This document shows, piece by piece, positions 1-11,942 of a DNA stretch of 64,000 bases. Every line of letters starts with the position of its first letter. The first letter of the stretch is position 1. The stretch is taken from the NCBI RefSeq assembly GCF_032444005.1, contig NC_091285.1, positions 20,026,001 to 20,090,000 on the forward strand, written 5' to 3'. The position numbers were made by a program, and so were the translations under genes. Source of the stretch: Ranitomeya imitator. Its lineage: Eukaryota. The notes beneath the pieces were generated by a model that was not told the DNA's origin, searched no databases, and saw only the letters and a program-made list of their open reading frames with translations.

Positions 1-573
1 TGCACCATTTTAATACTGTTTATATTCCGGACTGTAACCAAAATATGTGATTGAGCTCCAATTGTCAATTTTGAAGTGCCTTTAAATGAAATGTCCAGTC
101 TTAAGTATTTTAAGTTATGGAAAGATTCTTCAAGTGGGAAGAGCAATCTGATATGTGATATTTTCTGAATCACTTCTGGTTGTTGTTTTATGGAGTTACT
201 TTTTGCTTTGTTGGAACAATGTAAGTCCCTGCCATGGCCGTAATCATGGATGGGTGGAGTCGTGACTACTGTCAGTCCATTACAAGAACTTTCTATGGCC
301 TGGTTCAGTAGAACAAATCTTTGAGGGTCATTTTTGTGTAGACCACAAATATATATTCCCTAGTAAGACATATAGATCTGTTAGATGGGGTCTTCCATAA
401 AAAAAACAGAGAATTAGGTGGGGCGTAAAATGCATTACAGGTCTGGCTGCACTAGAGAGGGGGAAGGCTAGGCTCCACACATTTCATTTGGACCTGCCAA
501 CTTGACTATTCCCAAGTTGAGAAGACCAGGAGCTCAACCTTTCTTTTTTCCACGAGTTTATAGGCTGTCTTAA

Positions 574-851
574 AGGGGTATTCTAAAGTTATGTAAGGTA
601 GGAGATAACTTTCTGATTGTTGGAGGTCCAAACGCTGGGTCCCCCACCAATCGCGAGAACTGAATGGAGAGGTGGTCGATAATGTACAACTGCCTCTCTA
701 TTCATTCTCAATGTGACCACCGGCGATGGCTGGTCTTCAGCACTCCCATTAGAACACGCTTTAGAGCCCCGGTTTTCGGGATTCCGAATGGTCGGACCCC
801 CAGCGATCGGGAAATTATCCTGTATCTCATATCAAACTTGAGAATAACCCT
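574..851. mobile_element. TTAA-flanked MITE (T2/Kolobok-like)
   Basis: TTAA|AGGGGTATTCT ... AGAATAACCCT|TTAA: imperfect terminal inverted repeats bounded by TTAA on both sides; no coding capacity. Confidence 0.55.
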
Positions 852-1660
852 TTAAGAGGTTGACAAATTTAGAAAAAAACATTTTCATATGTTTCCTCTA
901 AAGTGTAGAGCATCTCTCTTTGGAGGACCCAACACGGACAGCCTATTGATTTCCATTAATATTGTGTAATACTACAGTTTCCCTGCGGGGGAGCTGTAGG
1001 CAAATGAACGTGCTTTCAGGTTCCCATACAGATCACAGCTGATCACTGGGTCTTCCAGTTTATCATTAGAAGAACCTTGTATCCAAGGTGGACATTAACC
1101 CTCTTAAAGGGGCAGTACCTTTTTTTTTTCTCAATTTACTACATGCTATTTCTGATCTAGACCAAAGGGACTTTCGCGCTTTTGTTAAAAACAAAAAAAA
1201 AACTCCACCCTAACTTTTTGTGAAGTTTTCCTTTTAAAGTTTTGCTTCCAATGTGACTTGTGGGCAATATTCGGAGACATGACACAAAGTTCTGTAAGAA
1301 GCAGCAGATGTCGTGCCTCTTCCCCACTGCCAGTGATTATAACCACATGTGTCTTATTGCTGTATGTGGTCGATGAAGAAGCTGTCGGACTCTTGCATCT
1401 TGTACATGAATGTTTGGCATTAAGGGGGACGGGTAGAGGGGAATGTAATCCCTGCCCACTACAAGCCTTAATGCCTTCAGCTCGCGATGACTGCGCCTTA
1501 GGAAGATACCAAAGATGGAGAATGAAAAAAAAAAGCTTGTAAAAACGTCTTACAAGTCATTGACTGCAGGGCAAAGGCTGATCCCCATGAGTCGGTGGGG
1601 CCGGCGGAATACTGAAACCACTAATCTAAAAGCCTGTGATCAAGTTAGACAAAGCTAGAG

Positions 1661-1674
1661 AGCGCCCTCTGCGG
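1661..1674 (-). promoter_or_regulatory. CTCF-like motif
   Basis: Minus strand reads CCGCAGAGGGCGCT, close to the CTCF core consensus; sequence match only. Confidence 0.35.
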
Positions 1675-1879
1675 GTCACGCTGTGCACAACTGGTAAAAT
1701 ATAATGATATATAAAAAAATGTATAAAATTCCAATAAAATGAGCCTGTGGTTTATATTGAGATTTCTTATCTGTTCCAATTTAATTTTTTTTTTCTATTT
1801 TAGAAATAAATATTTCTTTAATTATTTTATCTGTTTCTGGGTTATTTAATTTTTGCATTTTCCTTTTTTTAGCTTTATT

Positions 1880-4170
1880 TTTTTTGTCCCATGGGTTAAG
1901 AATCGGATTGCTTTATACACTCACAAGGGTCACGTTTTACTCATCTGAACTCTTAACAGTTTATAAGAGAGGAAGGACTTTCTTCTGACTGGTATGAAGT
2001 AAGCCCCTCTATTCTTATTGCTTTAAGCCTCTCCTTATTTGCACCTCCTAGTTTATTCTTTTTGCCCCACGTTTAACAATCGGATTACTTTGTACACTCT
2101 CAAGGGGTTCACATTTTACTTCTCTTTACTCCTAAGAGTTTATGAGAGAGGAAGGACTTTCTTCTGACATGTGAGATGTAAGCTTTTCTGTTCTTATTGC
2201 TTTAAAGGTACCGTCACACTGAACGATATCGCTAGCGATCCGTGACGTTGCAGCGTCCTGGCTAGCGATATCGTCCAGTGTGACACGCAGCAGCGATCAG
2301 GATCCTGCTGTGATGTCGTTGGTCGCTGCAGAAAGTCCAGCACTTTATTTCATCGCTGGACTCCCTGCAGACATCGCTGAATCGACGTGTGTGACGCCGA
2401 TCTAGCGATGTCTTCACTGGTAACCAGGGTAAACATCGGGTTACTAAGCGCAGGGCCGCACTTAGTAACCCGATGTTTACCCTGGTTACCAGTGTAAAAG
2501 TAAAAAAAACAAACACTACATATTTACCTTCAGCTGTCTGTCCTCCGGCGCTCTGCTTCCTGCACTGCGGTGACGTCACCGCTTTGCTTTCCGGCCGCTG
2601 TGCTCACAGCCAGCGCAGAGCACAGCGCCGGAGGACAGACAGCGGTAGGTAAGTATGTAGTGTTTGTTTTTTTTACTTTTACGCTGGTAACCAGGGTAAA
2701 CATCGGGTTACTAAGCGCGGCCCTGCGCTTAGTAACCCGATGTTTACCCTGGTTACCGGCATAGTTGGTCGCTGGAGAGCGGTCTGTGTGACAGCTCTCC
2801 AGCGACCAAACAGCGATGCTGCAGCGATCGACATCGTTGTCGGTATCGCTGCAGCGTCGCTGAGTGTGAAGGTACCTTAAGCCTCTCCTTATTTGTACCT
2901 CCTAGTTTGTTTTTTTTGCCCTATAGTTTAACAATCATTTTACTTTATACACTCTCAAGGGGCTCACATTTTACTTCTCTGTGCTCCTAAAGTTTATAAG
3001 AGAGGAAGGACTTTCTTCTGACTGTTGAGAAGTAAGCCCCTCTATTCTGATTGCTTTAAGCCTCTCCTTATCTGCACCTCCTAGTTCGTTTGATTTTTGT
3101 TTGCTCCATGGTTTAACAATTGGATTACTTTGTACACCCTCAAGGGTCACATTTTACTTCTTTGTACAAGAGTTTAGGAGGGACTTTCTTCTGACATGTG
3201 AGAAGTAAGCTCTTCTATTCTTATTGCTTTAAGCCTCTCCTTACATGTACCTCCTAGTTTTTTTTAGGGTTGTGCCACAGTTTAATAATCAGGTTACTTT
3301 ATACACTCTCAAGGGGTTCACATTTTACTTCTCTGTACTCCTAAAGTTTATAAGGGAGGATGGACTTTCTTCTGACTGGTATGAAGTAAGCCCCTCTATT
3401 CTGATTGCTTTAAGCCTCTCCTTATCTTCACCTCCTAGTTTGTTTGTTTTTTTGTTTGCCCCATAGTTTAACAATTGGATTACTTTGTACACCCTCAAGG
3501 GGGTCACATTTTACTTCTCTGTGCTCCTAAAAGTTTATAAGAGAGGTGGGGCTTTCTTCTCACTGGTGAGAAGTAAGCCCCTCTATTCTTTTTGCTTTAA
3601 GCTTTTCCTTATTTGCATCTCCTAGTTTTTTGTTTTTTTCTTGCCCCATAGATTAACAATCAGGTTACTTTATACACTCTCAAGGGGTTCACAATTTACT
3701 ACTCTGTTCTCCTAAGAGTTTATAAGGGAGGATGGACATTCTTCTGACTGTGGAGAAGTAAACCCCTCTATTCTGATTGACTTAAGCCTCTCCTTATCTG
3801 CACCTCCTAGTTTGTTTGTTTTTTTGTTTGCCCCATTGTTTAATAATCAGACTGCTTTATACACTCTCAAGGGGGTCACATTTTACTTCTCTGTACTCCT
3901 AAAAGTTTATAAGAGAGGAGGAACTTTCTTTTAACTCGTGAGAATTAAGCCCCTCTATTTTTGCTGCTTTAAGCCTCTCCTAATTTGCACCTCCTAGTTT
4001 TGTTTTTTTTGCCCCATAGATTAACAATCAGGTTACTTTATACACTCACAAGAGTCACATTTTACTACTCTGTTCTCCTAAGAGTTTATAAGGGAGGAGG
4101 GACATTCTTCTGACAGGTGAGACATAAGCCCCTCCCTTCTAATTTAAGCCTCTCCTTAATTGCACCTCCT
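1880..4170. repeat. Diverged tandem repeat, ~175-186 bp unit, ~9-10 copies, interrupted by a MITE
   Basis: Recurring TACACTCTCAAGGG..CACATTTTACT..TTTATAAGAGAGGAAGGACTTTCTTCTGAC..TTTAAGCCTCTCC..CACCTCCTAG about every 180 bp. Confidence 0.85.
2206..2877. mobile_element. PIF/Harbinger-type MITE (672 bp)
   Basis: TAA|AGGTACC.TCACACT ... AGTGTGA.GGTACCT|TAA; 3-bp TAA duplication restores the host repeat motif CTTTAAGCC; internal palindromes GGTAACCAGGGTAAACATCGGG; same family as 60285..60966. Confidence 0.9.
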
Positions 4171-4769
4171 AGTTTATTTTTGATAGGATGCCATCAAGAT
4201 GCCCTAATTTTAGAGGTAGAAAGAGGTGTAGGGATATAAATATAGTGGCAGACCTGGTTTGTCATATACCCTTTATTATTTGGTGGTAACAGGACTCTTT
4301 TATATGGACGAACTAGGAGGAAAATTTGTCCACGTGAAATATACAATAAGACCTGGCATCACAGTAGGGAGGGGGTACTCATTTTTATTTATCTTTTTAC
4401 ATAGGTCACTGGAGGGGGGATCATATTACTGATGCTAGCCATTGAGTTAGTTTTCTGCTCCTTATGTCCCATTGTAACAAACCCTGTGCTGTCACTTAGG
4501 CCTTTGAGCCTAGAGGGTCCCAAAAGATATTTTTAGCCAATATGAGAAGGTCAATATTTTTAAAGCCATGTATATGTTTCCATTCACTGACAGCAAGCAC
4601 AATGTCATCTACTGTACTCACCCCGAAGCGGAAATTTTGGAGGTGTAACGTTCTTGCCTATGGGAAAGTACATCCCTCAGCCTTTGGGCACTATCACCCT
4701 CTGGGGCTCGGGTGCCACTGCCGCCCCTTTAAATACGCATCAGATAATACACAATGATCAGATCATCTA

Positions 4770-4785
4770 TTTATTTTTGTTTATT
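4770..4785 (-). terminator. Candidate polyadenylation signals (two AATAAA) of the secreted-protein gene
   Basis: TTTATT at 4770-4775 and 4780-4785 on +, i.e. AATAAA on -, about 90-140 nt past the predicted stop codons. Confidence 0.5.
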
Positions 4786-4912
4786 AAATACATTAATATT
4801 CATTATTATTATTTCAGGAATAAATATATTATTTATATTTCAGGACCACAGACTTCGGGCCACGGGGGGGCTTTAACTTTGCACAACTCCCAGAATCCTT
4901 TGTAGTAAATCC

Positions 4913-4968
4913 TTAAGGCGCGTGTACATCTGACGTCTCGTCCTTCTGTAAACTTTGGTAGAACCTGC
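4913..4968 (-). CDS. Secreted-protein gene, coding exon 3 (last)
   Basis: Acceptor TTTTTTTTCTTTTTTCCAATGGCAG; phase 1 gives (G)RFYQSLQKDETSDVHAP*; a second AG 4 nt downstream gives (G)STKVYRRTRRQMYTRLKDLLQRILGVVQS* ending at 4873. Confidence 0.6.
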
Positions 4969-7900
4969 CTGCCATTGGAAAAAAGAAAAAAAAGTTGGGG
5001 TGTGAAGAAAGGTGCACTGACAGCACACAGATGATTTCTGGCTGCCTACAGTCACCACTAGAGGGAGCACATTACATGCTGTTTTATTAATGCAAAGGCA
5101 GTTAGAGCTCCCTCTAGTGGTGGCAAAGAAAATTGTGCACTAACTTGATATCTATGCAGGGGATTTGGAGCTTTGTGTCAGAAAAGCTTTCTTGACCATG
5201 TGTTTACCTGTCCTTTTGGAGACACTCTTGAAATCACACCTGCCCTGTGGCATCTTGCATGTAAATAAGCCAAGGCAGCCATGACAGTCAGATGGTCTCT
5301 TACAGGGATGGGACATGACTTCTTCACAGGAATGCTAGAAAGATAGTTTTTAAAAAAAATTATAAGAAAGGGTGAAAATTCCATGATTTGGCCACTGGGG
5401 GGCGCTGCTTTTAAACTTGCATAACATGTAGGAGAATGCTGTTCTTAGTAATGTCATTTATATATATAAGAATAAAGAAGTCTAGCACTAAACTTAAGCG
5501 GTGATAGATTTGATCAAATCAAATCAAATTTATCAAATCTATCGCCGCTTAAGTTGAGTGCTAGACTTCTTTATATTTATATTGAAGGTCTGGGAACCTA
5601 GTCTGAGCACCACAGTATAGCTGTACACACGGTGTTTTCTCTCTCATATATATAAGAGGCATCATGATTACTCGCTAATCCCGCCCCCTGCACAGTAGCT
5701 CCGCCCCCCACCACATCACCACACATAATCCCACCCCCACCCCATTACCACACATAATCCCATCCCCCCACATTACCACACGAGGCTCTGTCCCCACACA
5801 TTACCACACGAGGCTCCGTCCCCACACATTACCACACGAGGCTCCGTCCCCACACATTACCACACGAGGCTCCGTCCCCACACATTACCACACGATGCTC
5901 CGTCCTCACACATTACCACACGAGGCTCCATCCCCCCACATTACCACACGATACTCCATCCTCACACATTACCACACGAGGCTCCTTCCCCACACATTAC
6001 CACACGATGCTCCGTCCTCACACATTACCACACGAGGCTCCGTCCCCACACATTACCACACGAGGCTCCGTCCCCACAAATTAGCACACGAGGCTCCGTC
6101 CCCACACATTACCACACGAGGCTCTGTCCCCCCACATTACCACACGAGGCTCCGTCCCCACACATTACCACACGAGGCTCTGTCCCCCCACATTACCACA
6201 CGAGGCTGCGTCCCCACACATTACCACATGAGGTTCCGTCCCCACACATTACCACACGAGGCTCCGTCCACATACATTACCACACTAGGCTCCGTCCCCA
6301 CACATTACCACATGAGGCTCCTCCCCCCACATTACAACACGAGGCTGCGTCCCCACACATTACCACACGAGGTTCGTCCCCACACATTACCACACGCAGC
6401 ACTTTCTATGTAATTCAACCACTTCAGCCAAGGTAAACGTACATTTAATTGCATAATCACCAGCAGCGTTAATTAGATATCAATGAGCGTGCCGAGCGTT
6501 AGCTGGCTGGAAACAGCTAGTCTATTATAAGTGATGTCATAGCAACATCTGTCAAGTGCCAAAATACCATTGAATAGGCCCGATGTGGTGGACCTGGAAT
6601 AGAAGAATAACCCTGAAGCCCCCGGTCTGAGTCGCTGATCCCTGGAATCTACGCATGTGCTTATATTGTACACTGGGGGCAAAGTAAATGTGGAAGGTGT
6701 TATAGCAAACAGTAAGGACTCTGCTGCACTAAACCCACCTCCACCTGTGCACAATGAAATGATATCACTCATGGAACCCAAAGTTCCCGACAAGAAATAA
6801 AAGAAAAAATCCCAACAAATGGATATACAGTAGTTCCTCAGTGAGACTGTTCTCATAAACAAGAACTCATAGAGTGACCCAGTCTGTGAGTCACTCCATA
6901 TACAGTGCCACAGCCAGGGAGTGACCCCATATACAGTGCCAGAGCCAGGGAGTGACCCCATATACAGTGCCAGAGCCAGGGAGTGACCCCATATACAGTG
7001 CCACAGCCAGGGAGTGACCCCATATACAGTGCCACAGCCAGGGAGTGACCCCATATACAGTGCCAGAGCCAGTGAGTGACCCCATATACAGTGCCACAGC
7101 AAGGGAGTGACCCTATATACAGTGCCACAGCCAGTGAATGACTCCATATACAGTGCCACAGCCAGTGAGTGACCCCATATACAGTGCCACAGCCAGGGAG
7201 TGACCCCATATACAGTGCCACAGCCAGGGAGTGACCCCATATACAGTGCCACAGCCAGTGAGTGACCCCATATACAGTGCCACAGCCAGGGAGTGACCCC
7301 ATATACAGTGCCACAGCCAGGGAGTGACCCCATATACAGTGCCACAGTCAGTGAGTGACCCCATATACAGTGCCACAGCCAGGGAGTGACCCCATATACA
7401 GTGCCACAGCCAGTGAGTGACCCCATATACAGTGCCACAGCCAGGGAGTGACCCCATATACATTGCCACAGCCAGGGAGTGACCCCATATACAGTGCCAC
7501 AGTCAGTGAGTGACCCCATATACAGTGCCACAGCCAGTGAGTGACTCCATATACAGTGCCACAGCCAGGGAGTGACCCCATATACAGTGCCACAGCCAGG
7601 GAGTGACCCTATATACAGTGCCACAGCCAGTGAATGACTCCATATACAGTGCCACAGCCAGTGAGTGACCCCATATACAGTGCCACAGCCAGTGAGTGAC
7701 CCCATATACAGTGCCACAGCCAGGGAGTGACCCCATATACAGTGCCACAGCCAGTGAGTGACCCCATATACAGTGCCACAGCCAGGGAGTGACCCCATAA
7801 ACAGTGCCACAGCCAGGGAGTGACCCCATATACAGTGCCACAGCCAGTGAGTGACTCCATATACAGTGCCACAGCCAGGGAGTGACCCCATATACAGTGC

Positions 7901-10900
7901 CACAGCCAGGAAGTGACCCTATATACAGTGCCACAGCCAGTGAGTGACCTCATATACAGTGCCACAGCCAGGGAGTGACCCCATATACAGTGCCACAGCC
8001 AGTGAGTGACCTCATATACAGTGCCACAGCCAGGGAGTGACCCCATATACAGTGCCACAGCTAGTGAGTGACTTCATATACAGTGCCACAGCCAGTGAGT
8101 GACCTCATATACAGTGCCACAGCTAGTGAGTGACCCCATATACAGTGCCACAGTCAGTGAGTGACCCCATATACAGTGCCACAGCCAGGGAGTGACCCCA
8201 TATACAGTGCCACAGTCAGTGAGTGACCCCATATACAGTGCCACAGCCAAGGAGTGACTCCATATACAGTGCCACAGCCAGGGAGTGACCTCATACAGTG
8301 CCACAGCCAGGGAGTGACCCCATATACAGTGCCACAGTCAGTGAGTGACCCCATATACAGTGCCACAGTCAGTGACTCCATATACAGTGCCATAGTCAGT
8401 GAGTGACCCCATATACATTGCCACAGCCAGGGAGTGACCCCATATACAGTGCCAGAGCCAGGGAGTGACCCCATATACAGTGCCACAGCCAGGGAGTGAC
8501 CCCATATACAGTGCCACAGCCAGGGAGTGACCCCATATACAGTGCCACAGCCAGGGAGTGACCCCATATACAGTGCCACAGCCAGGGAGTGACCCCATAT
8601 ACAGTGCCACAGCCAGTGAGTGACCCCATATACAGTGCCACAGCCAGGGAGTGACCCCATATACAGTGCCACAGCCAGGGAGTGACCCCATATACAGTGC
8701 CACAGCCAGGGAGTGACCCCATATACAGTGCCACAGCCAGGGAGTGACCCCATATACAGTGCCAGAGCCAGGGAGTGACCCCATATACAGTGCCACAGCT
8801 AGGGAGTGACCCCATATACAGTGCCAGAGCCAGGGAGTGACCCCATATACAGTGCCACAGCAAGGGAGTGACCCTATATACAGTGCCACAGCCAGTGAAT
8901 GACTCCATATACAGTGCCACAGTCAGTGAGTGACCCCATATACAGTGCCACAGCCAGTGAGTGACCCCATATACAGTGCCACAGCCAGGGAGTGACCCCA
9001 TATACAGTGCCACAGCCAGTGAGTGACCCCATATACAGTGCCACAGTCAGTGAGTGACCCCATATACAGTGCCACAGCCAGTGAGTGACTCCATATACAG
9101 TGCCACAGCCAGGGAGTGACCCCATATACAGTGCCACAGTCAGTGAGTGACCCTCATATACAGTGCCACAGCCAGTGAGTGACTCCATATACAGTGCCAC
9201 AGCCAGGGAGTGACCCCATATACAGTGCCACAGTCAGTGAGTGACCCCATATACAGTGCCACAGCCAGTGAGTGACTCCATATACAGTGCCACAGCCAGG
9301 GAGTGACCCCGTATACAGTGCCAGAGCCAGGGAGTGACCCCATATACAGTGCCACAGCCAGTGAGTGACTCCATATACAGTGCCACAGTCAGTGAGTGAC
9401 CCCCATATACAGTGCCACAGCCAGGGAGTGACCCCATATACAGTGCCACAGCCAGGGAGTGACCCCATATACAGTGCCACAGCCAGTGAGTGACCCCATA
9501 TACAGTGCCACAGCCAGGGAGTGACCCCATATACAGTGCCACAGCCAGGGAGTGACCCCATATACAGTGCCACAGCCAGTGAGTGACTCCATATACAGTG
9601 CCACAGCCAGGGAGTGACCCCATATACAGTGCCACAGCCAGGGAGTGACCCCATATACAGTGCCAGAGCCAGGGAGTGACCCCATATACAGTGCCACAGC
9701 CAGGGAGTGACCCCATATACAGTGCCAGAGCCAGTGAGTGACCCCATGTACAGTGCCACAGCCAGGGAGTGACCCCATATACAGTGCCAGAGCCAGTGAG
9801 TGACCCCATGTACAGTGCCACAGTCAGTGAGTGACCCCATATACAGTGCCACAGCCAGGGGGTGACCCCATATACAGTGCCACAGCCAGGGAGTGACCCC
9901 ATATACAGTGCCACAGCCAGGGAGTGACCCCATATACAGTGCCACAGTCAGTGAGTGACCCCATGTACAGTGCCACAGCCAGGGAGTGACCCCATATACA
10001 GTGCCACAGCCAGGGGGTGACCCCATATACAGTGCCACAGCCAGGGAGTGACCCCATATACAGTGCCACAGCCAGGGAGTGACCCCATATACAGTGCCAC
10101 AGTCAGTGAGTGACCCCATATACAGTGACCCAGCCACAGTACTCCTGCTAGAGTACTCTACTATACAGTGCCCCAATTAGAACCGTCCGAAAATATAGTG
10201 CCCCAGTCAGAGAGTGGCCCATATAGCGTGCAACTGTAAGTGCCCCCAGATAAAGTGCCATTTTCAGTGAGTGACCCATATACAGTGCCACAGCCACTGA
10301 GCATGGGAGTACTCTGGATAGGGCACTGTATACGAGTGCTGTCTGGCTGAGTATGGAGAGATGCTCCGGCTGTGGCGTTGTATATATTGGGTCATATTCA
10401 TCATTTACTCCTTTAACTCAATGCAGTGACCCCACCAGAGAATCCCCCAGAGCACAGTACCCCCACTAGAGTACTCCACTATACAGTGCCACAATTACAG
10501 TATACCAAATACATAGTGCTCTAGACTGTGAGTGCCCCATATACAGTGACCCCGACAGTGCTCTCATATACACTGACCCCGACAGTGCCCCATATACAGT
10601 GACTCCGACAGTACCCCCATGTCAAGTGACCCCGACAGTGCTCAATATACAGTGACCCCGGCAGTGCCCCATATAGTGACCCCGACAGTGCCCCATATAC
10701 AGTGACCCCGACAGTGCTCTCATATACAGTGACCCCGACAGTGCTCAATATACAGTGACCCCGGCAGTGCCCCATATAGTGACCCCGACAGTGCCCCATA
10801 TACAGTGACCCCGACAGTGCTCTCATATACAGTGACCCCGACAGTGCCCCATATACACTGACCCCGACAGTGCCCCATATACAGTGACCCCGACAGTGCT

Positions 10901-11788
10901 CTCATATACAGTGACCCCGACAGTGCCCCATATACACTGACCCCGACAGTGCTCCATATACAGTGACCCCGACAATGCCCCATATACACTGACCCCGACA
11001 GTGCCCCATATACAGTGACTCCGACAGTACCCCCATGTCAAGTGACCCCGACAGTGCTCCATATACAGTGACCCCGGCAGTGCCCCATATAGTGACCCTG
11101 ACAGTGCTCCCATATAGTGACCCCAACAGTGCTCCCATATACAGTGACTTAGTCAATAAGTGTCCCCACATACAGTGCCAGACAGTGAGTGCATCCATAC
11201 AGTCACCCTCTCTCCTTGTTTCCACACAATCTAGGATGTAGATTGTTCCTTTAGAAGATCAGTTGCACCTTAGGCGGCTGCCTATTCTGCCTATCCCTTG
11301 TCTTGGCCGTTAATCATGGCCATGATGTCCTTTCTGACAAGTTGGGACTGACATGTTGTCTAACTTCCAGTGAAAGTGGTTGACAATGGTGGATCTCCAG
11401 AATAACATAGAGGTCTGGAGTGGTCACCGATCACTGGGGAGGTCTTAAAACAATGAGTTTCCCAGTCAGATCTTACCGTGTCCTGGTTGAACTTTCCGTG
11501 TTCACTCAGGTGGTGGAAGAACACGAGACCGGGATCTCCAGACACATCATGGAAGGCTTGACGTTTCCTTCTACCATCGAAGACATTGAATGGAAATCTC
11601 TCATCTAGGGTCTTCTCAGGAGACCTCATCTTGAACGGAGCCAACGGCTTCACCAGTGTACTCATTTCACTGGGACCTTGTCTGGTCTTCTGAACTATCC
11701 GGGTCCTCGTTGTGGTTCCACCAGTGGTACCATAGACCACGGATCCAACCAACAAGATAGCAAGTAAAGTACGAGATAAGAAATTCAT
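4913..11788 (-). CDS. Uncharacterised secreted prepro-protein, 3 coding exons (11788-11477, 5334-5208, 4968-4913), 164 aa; 176 aa if the alternative acceptor is used (exon 3 = 4964-4873)
   Basis: Spliced: MNFLSRTLLAILLVGSVVYG-TTGG...DGRRKR-QAFHDVSGDPGLVFFHHLSEHGKFNQDT/HSCEEVMSHPCKRPSDCHGCLGLFTCKMPQGRCDFKSVSKRT/GRFYQSLQKDETSDVHAP*. GT-AG introns with compatible phases (0, then 1); hydrophobic signal peptide, furin site, 6 Cys, upstream TATA-like box, downstream AATAAA. Confidence 0.75.
5208..5334 (-). CDS. Secreted-protein gene, coding exon 2 (six-Cys domain)
   Basis: CTTTCTAG|CAT...ACAG|GTAAAC; 127 nt; HSCEEVMSHPCKRPSDCHGCLGLFTCKMPQGRCDFKSVSKRT. Confidence 0.75.
5472..5574. repeat. Near-perfect inverted repeat (43-bp arms, 17-nt loop)
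   Basis: 5472-5514 ATAAAGAAGTCTAGCACTAAACTTAAGCGGTGATAGATTTGAT matches the reverse complement of 5532-5574 at 41/43 positions. Confidence 0.9.
5640..6520 (+). mobile_element. Helitron-like non-autonomous element enclosing a 28-bp minisatellite
   Basis: 5' TCTC..ATATATATAAG start; 3' short GC hairpin (GCCGAGCGTTAGCTGGC) followed by CTAG|T at 6517-6521; the expected A before the 5' TC is absent. Confidence 0.45.
5745..6398. repeat. 28-bp minisatellite (CACACATTACCACACGAGGCTCCGTCCC), ~23 copies
   Basis: Directly visible periodicity. Confidence 0.95.
6888..10128. repeat. 31-bp minisatellite (CCCCATATACAGTGCCACAGCCAGGGAGTGA), ~100 copies
   Basis: Directly visible; source of the repetitive ORFs MALYMGSLPGCGTVYGVTPWLWHCIWGHSL. 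Confidence 0.97.
10530..11155. repeat. 26-bp minisatellite (TACAGTGACCCCGACAGTGCCCCATA), ~24 copies
   Basis: Directly visible; shares CCCCATATACAGTG with the 31-bp array. Confidence 0.93.
11477..11788 (-). CDS. Secreted-protein gene, coding exon 1 (signal peptide, propeptide, RRKR)
   Basis: ATG at 11788 (GCAATGA), 104 codons to donor ACG|GTAAGA at 11477; part of track ORF 11360..11857. Confidence 0.75.
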
Positions 11789-11860
11789 TGCTTCCTGTTG
11801 ACCTTCCTCCAGGGGACCTTCTTGAGAACTTACCATCAGCTTCTTGAAGATGCTCAACCC

Positions 11861-11942
11861 TTAAATAACACTTTCCTCCTTGCCCTGCCTTCCTCACCTT
11901 TGACGCCCCTTGGATGGAAACTTTTCTCGTGTCGTGACATCA
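11861..11942 (-). promoter_or_regulatory. Candidate core promoter: TATTTAA box with CRE/ATF-like sites
   Basis: TATTTAA at 11867-11861 about 75 nt upstream of the ATG; TGACG at 11901-11905 and TGACATCA at 11935-11942. Confidence 0.4.

Noticed and set aside
1185-1496. About 100 open codons on the minus strand after a strong polypyrimidine tract and AG
   Set aside because: No recognisable motif, no linked upstream exon; could be a UTR exon or chance
6473-10176. Many long Cys/Trp/His-rich ORFs (up to 476 aa) on the minus strand
   Set aside because: Translations of the 31-bp minisatellite in all three frames; stop-free by chance, with no unique coding context
11360-11857. Single-exon 165-aa reading of the secreted ORF from the upstream ATG
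   Set aside because: The first 23 codons precede the signal peptide and overlap the TATA-proximal region; a good donor at 11477 with an in-phase downstream exon explains the data better
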